From NCBI RefSeq assembly GCF_001194135.2, contig NC_068983.1, positions 152,114,273-152,150,509 of the forward strand: DNA of 36,237 nt. Reading direction: 5' to 3'. Made by a program: the position numbers and the translations under genes. Of this stretch, positions 34,126-36,237 are shown one piece after another (position 1 is the first letter of the stretch; every line of letters starts with the position of its first letter). The notes beneath the pieces are model-generated. The model saw nothing but the letters and a program-made list of their open reading frames with translations, was not told the origin of the DNA and searched no databases. This DNA is from Octopus bimaculoides. Lineage: Eukaryota.

Positions 34126-35226
34126 CAACATATTAGTCCATGATGTATCCTCGGATGAAGCAAAATCTAATTTGTGGGACTCATGTCTTTAGAAAAATAT
34201 ATTGTATTACATTTGATTCAAATGAGTAGTACGCAGTATGTTATCATTTACAAAAATATTTCTTGTGGATGCATAGTTAGTCACTATACGTGAGTAGTGT
34301 TAATCTGACTTCAATTCAATTGATGCTGCTCGACTAGTCATAGCATATAACCAAATAACTTAATGGTAAATGAAAAAATTAAATTGTGAATGACGTATTG
34401 GCGTTAAGCATTTCAAAAATTAAATTCATATGAACACAAAAGTAGACACAATGGCCCCTAGAAAAATTAATTCGTGAAATTTCTACAGTGAGAAAAAAAT
34501 CTGTGAAAGAATCGACTGAAAAATTTCAAATAAGATGTGATAAAAACATGTCACAAAGTCTCAGATAGTTAGTACATGTGTGTGAGCGTATTTACGTATT
34601 CACCCATATACACATCCATTAATACATGTACACGTAGACACATTCGTATACATTTATACGTACATATGAAACATCCGCAGTTATATTTATATGTGTGCGT
34701 GTGCAAATGTACACACATAGATACACTCACACAAATAGACACACGCACACATAGATGTATATGTATAAGCAATNNNNNNNNNNNNNNNNNNNNNNNNNNN
34801 NNNNNNNNNNNNNNNNNNNNNNNNNNNNNNNNNNNNNNNNNNNNNNNNNNNNNNNNNNNNNNNNNNNNNNNNNNNNNNNNNNNNNNNNNNNNNNNNNNNN
34901 NNNNNNNNNNNNNNNNNNNNNNNNNNNNNNNNNNNNNNNNNNNNNNNNNNNNNNNNNNNNNNNNNNNNNNNNNNNNNNNNNNNNNNNNNNNNNNNNNNNN
35001 NNNNNNNNNNNNNNNNNNNNNNNNNNNNNNNNNNNNNNNNNNNNNNNNNNNNNNNNNNNNNNNNNNNNNNNNNNNNNNNNNNNNNNNNNNNNNNNNNNNN
35101 NNNNNNNNNNNNNNNNNNNNNNNNNNNNNNNNNNNNNNNNNNNNNNNNNNNNNNNNNNNNNNNNNNNNNNNNNNNNNNNNNNNNNNNNNNNNNNNNNNNN
35201 NNNNNNNNNNNNNNNNNNNNNNTGTG

Positions 35227-35266
<40 letters not shown>

Positions 35267-35660
35267 CACACACAAATATGCATATATGTATGTATGCATA
35301 CATGCATGTACATATGTATGTATGTATGCGTGCGGGCGGGCGTGTGTGTATGTGGAAAATGAGGTTGTTTCTCAGTTTGTGTCCTGCATTAATTTGTCTG
35401 TGCTTGTTTGATTCGCCGAATTTCTGTTCTGTCTAGTGTTTGCTCCGTAAATAAACAAACACCGTACACTGTTTCATAGAGAAGTGTCACATCAAAGAAA
35501 ATACTTGGCCTTAGTAACATACAGTATTTTGATTTTTATTTCTGAGTAACTCACTCTGTTCCATGTCATATTTAATTCTCTTTGACAACACTTCCACACT
35601 TTCACTGATGTACAAGTATTTAGTGACAACTAAATACATATACAATTTTGTACATACATA

Positions 35661-35830
35661 TAGGCGCAGGCGTGTCTTCGTGCTGAAATTTTTGCTCTCC
35701 ACATGGTTCGGGTTCAGTCCCTGTGCTTGGCTCATCGTACAAGTATTTTCTATCATGTCACAGGTGAGTGTCTTATCCAAAATGGAGACCAACACCTTGT
35801 GATCTGCTTGAAAAGTTGTGAAGATCCTAA
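35661..35830 (+). mobile_element. Degraded SINE family B copy
   Basis: ataggcgcaggcgtg...ccacatggttcgggttcagtccctg matches the family B head. Confidence 0.6.
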
Positions 35831-35938
35831 GATATTTTCTAACTTTTCTTCCCATGAAACCGTCGGTAGCCTTAATACACAAATAAAGAAATTATACCTC
35901 CAAAGCCTTTTGAGCACTCGTTTTCATCGTTTGACATT

Positions 35939-35981
<43 letters not shown>

Positions 35982-36237
35982 GAAGGTTTGAAAATGCACT
36001 TATTTTTTAAAAATATTTATTTACTTAACCGGTTTCACTTTTTTAGAAAAAGATTATCAAAAGTCTTTGAGAATAATAAAAAATGTTAAAAAACAGTCTG
36101 AGTATTAAAATGCATATATACATTCTTTGATGATAAAATATATTTAAAGTATAAAGCTTTGTATGAACTTTGTAGTGTTGCATACTGATTGTCACACATT
36201 CTCTGACATTAAGGTGAAATTGTTAAAAACAGTGTTA

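Overview
Eukaryotic, AT-rich, repeat-dominated intergenic or intronic DNA from a fragmented draft assembly. Ten N-gaps cover about 2.9 kb, and most abut microsatellites. The SINE families and extreme microsatellite load look like a coleoid cephalopod, probably Octopus (inference from recognised repeats, not a database result). I found no host protein-coding gene, no intact RNA gene and no CRISPR array. Almost all listed ORFs are microsatellite, SINE or N-gap artefacts. Supported content: (i) about 20 tRNA-derived SINE copies of at least three families, several with clear target-site duplications (TSDs) and some as dimers or trimers; (ii) decayed transposon coding relics: two Penelope-like pieces, an internally deleted mariner with TIRs and TA TSD, a piggyBac transposase fragment and the 5' part of an R4/Dong-like LINE; (iii) a 346-bp MITE-like foldback. 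The most unusual structure is a 3.4-kb inverted duplication (3112-6513) with ~930-bp arms. Its arm identity steps from ~97% (outer) to ~86% (inner), one arm carries a nested dated SINE, and the donor arm can be inferred. Other notable items are a template-switch hairpin inside a SINE, a triple-TSD SINE tandem and a possible decayed hammerhead ribozyme. I cannot support a new multi-gene biological system here. All identities are by-eye estimates.
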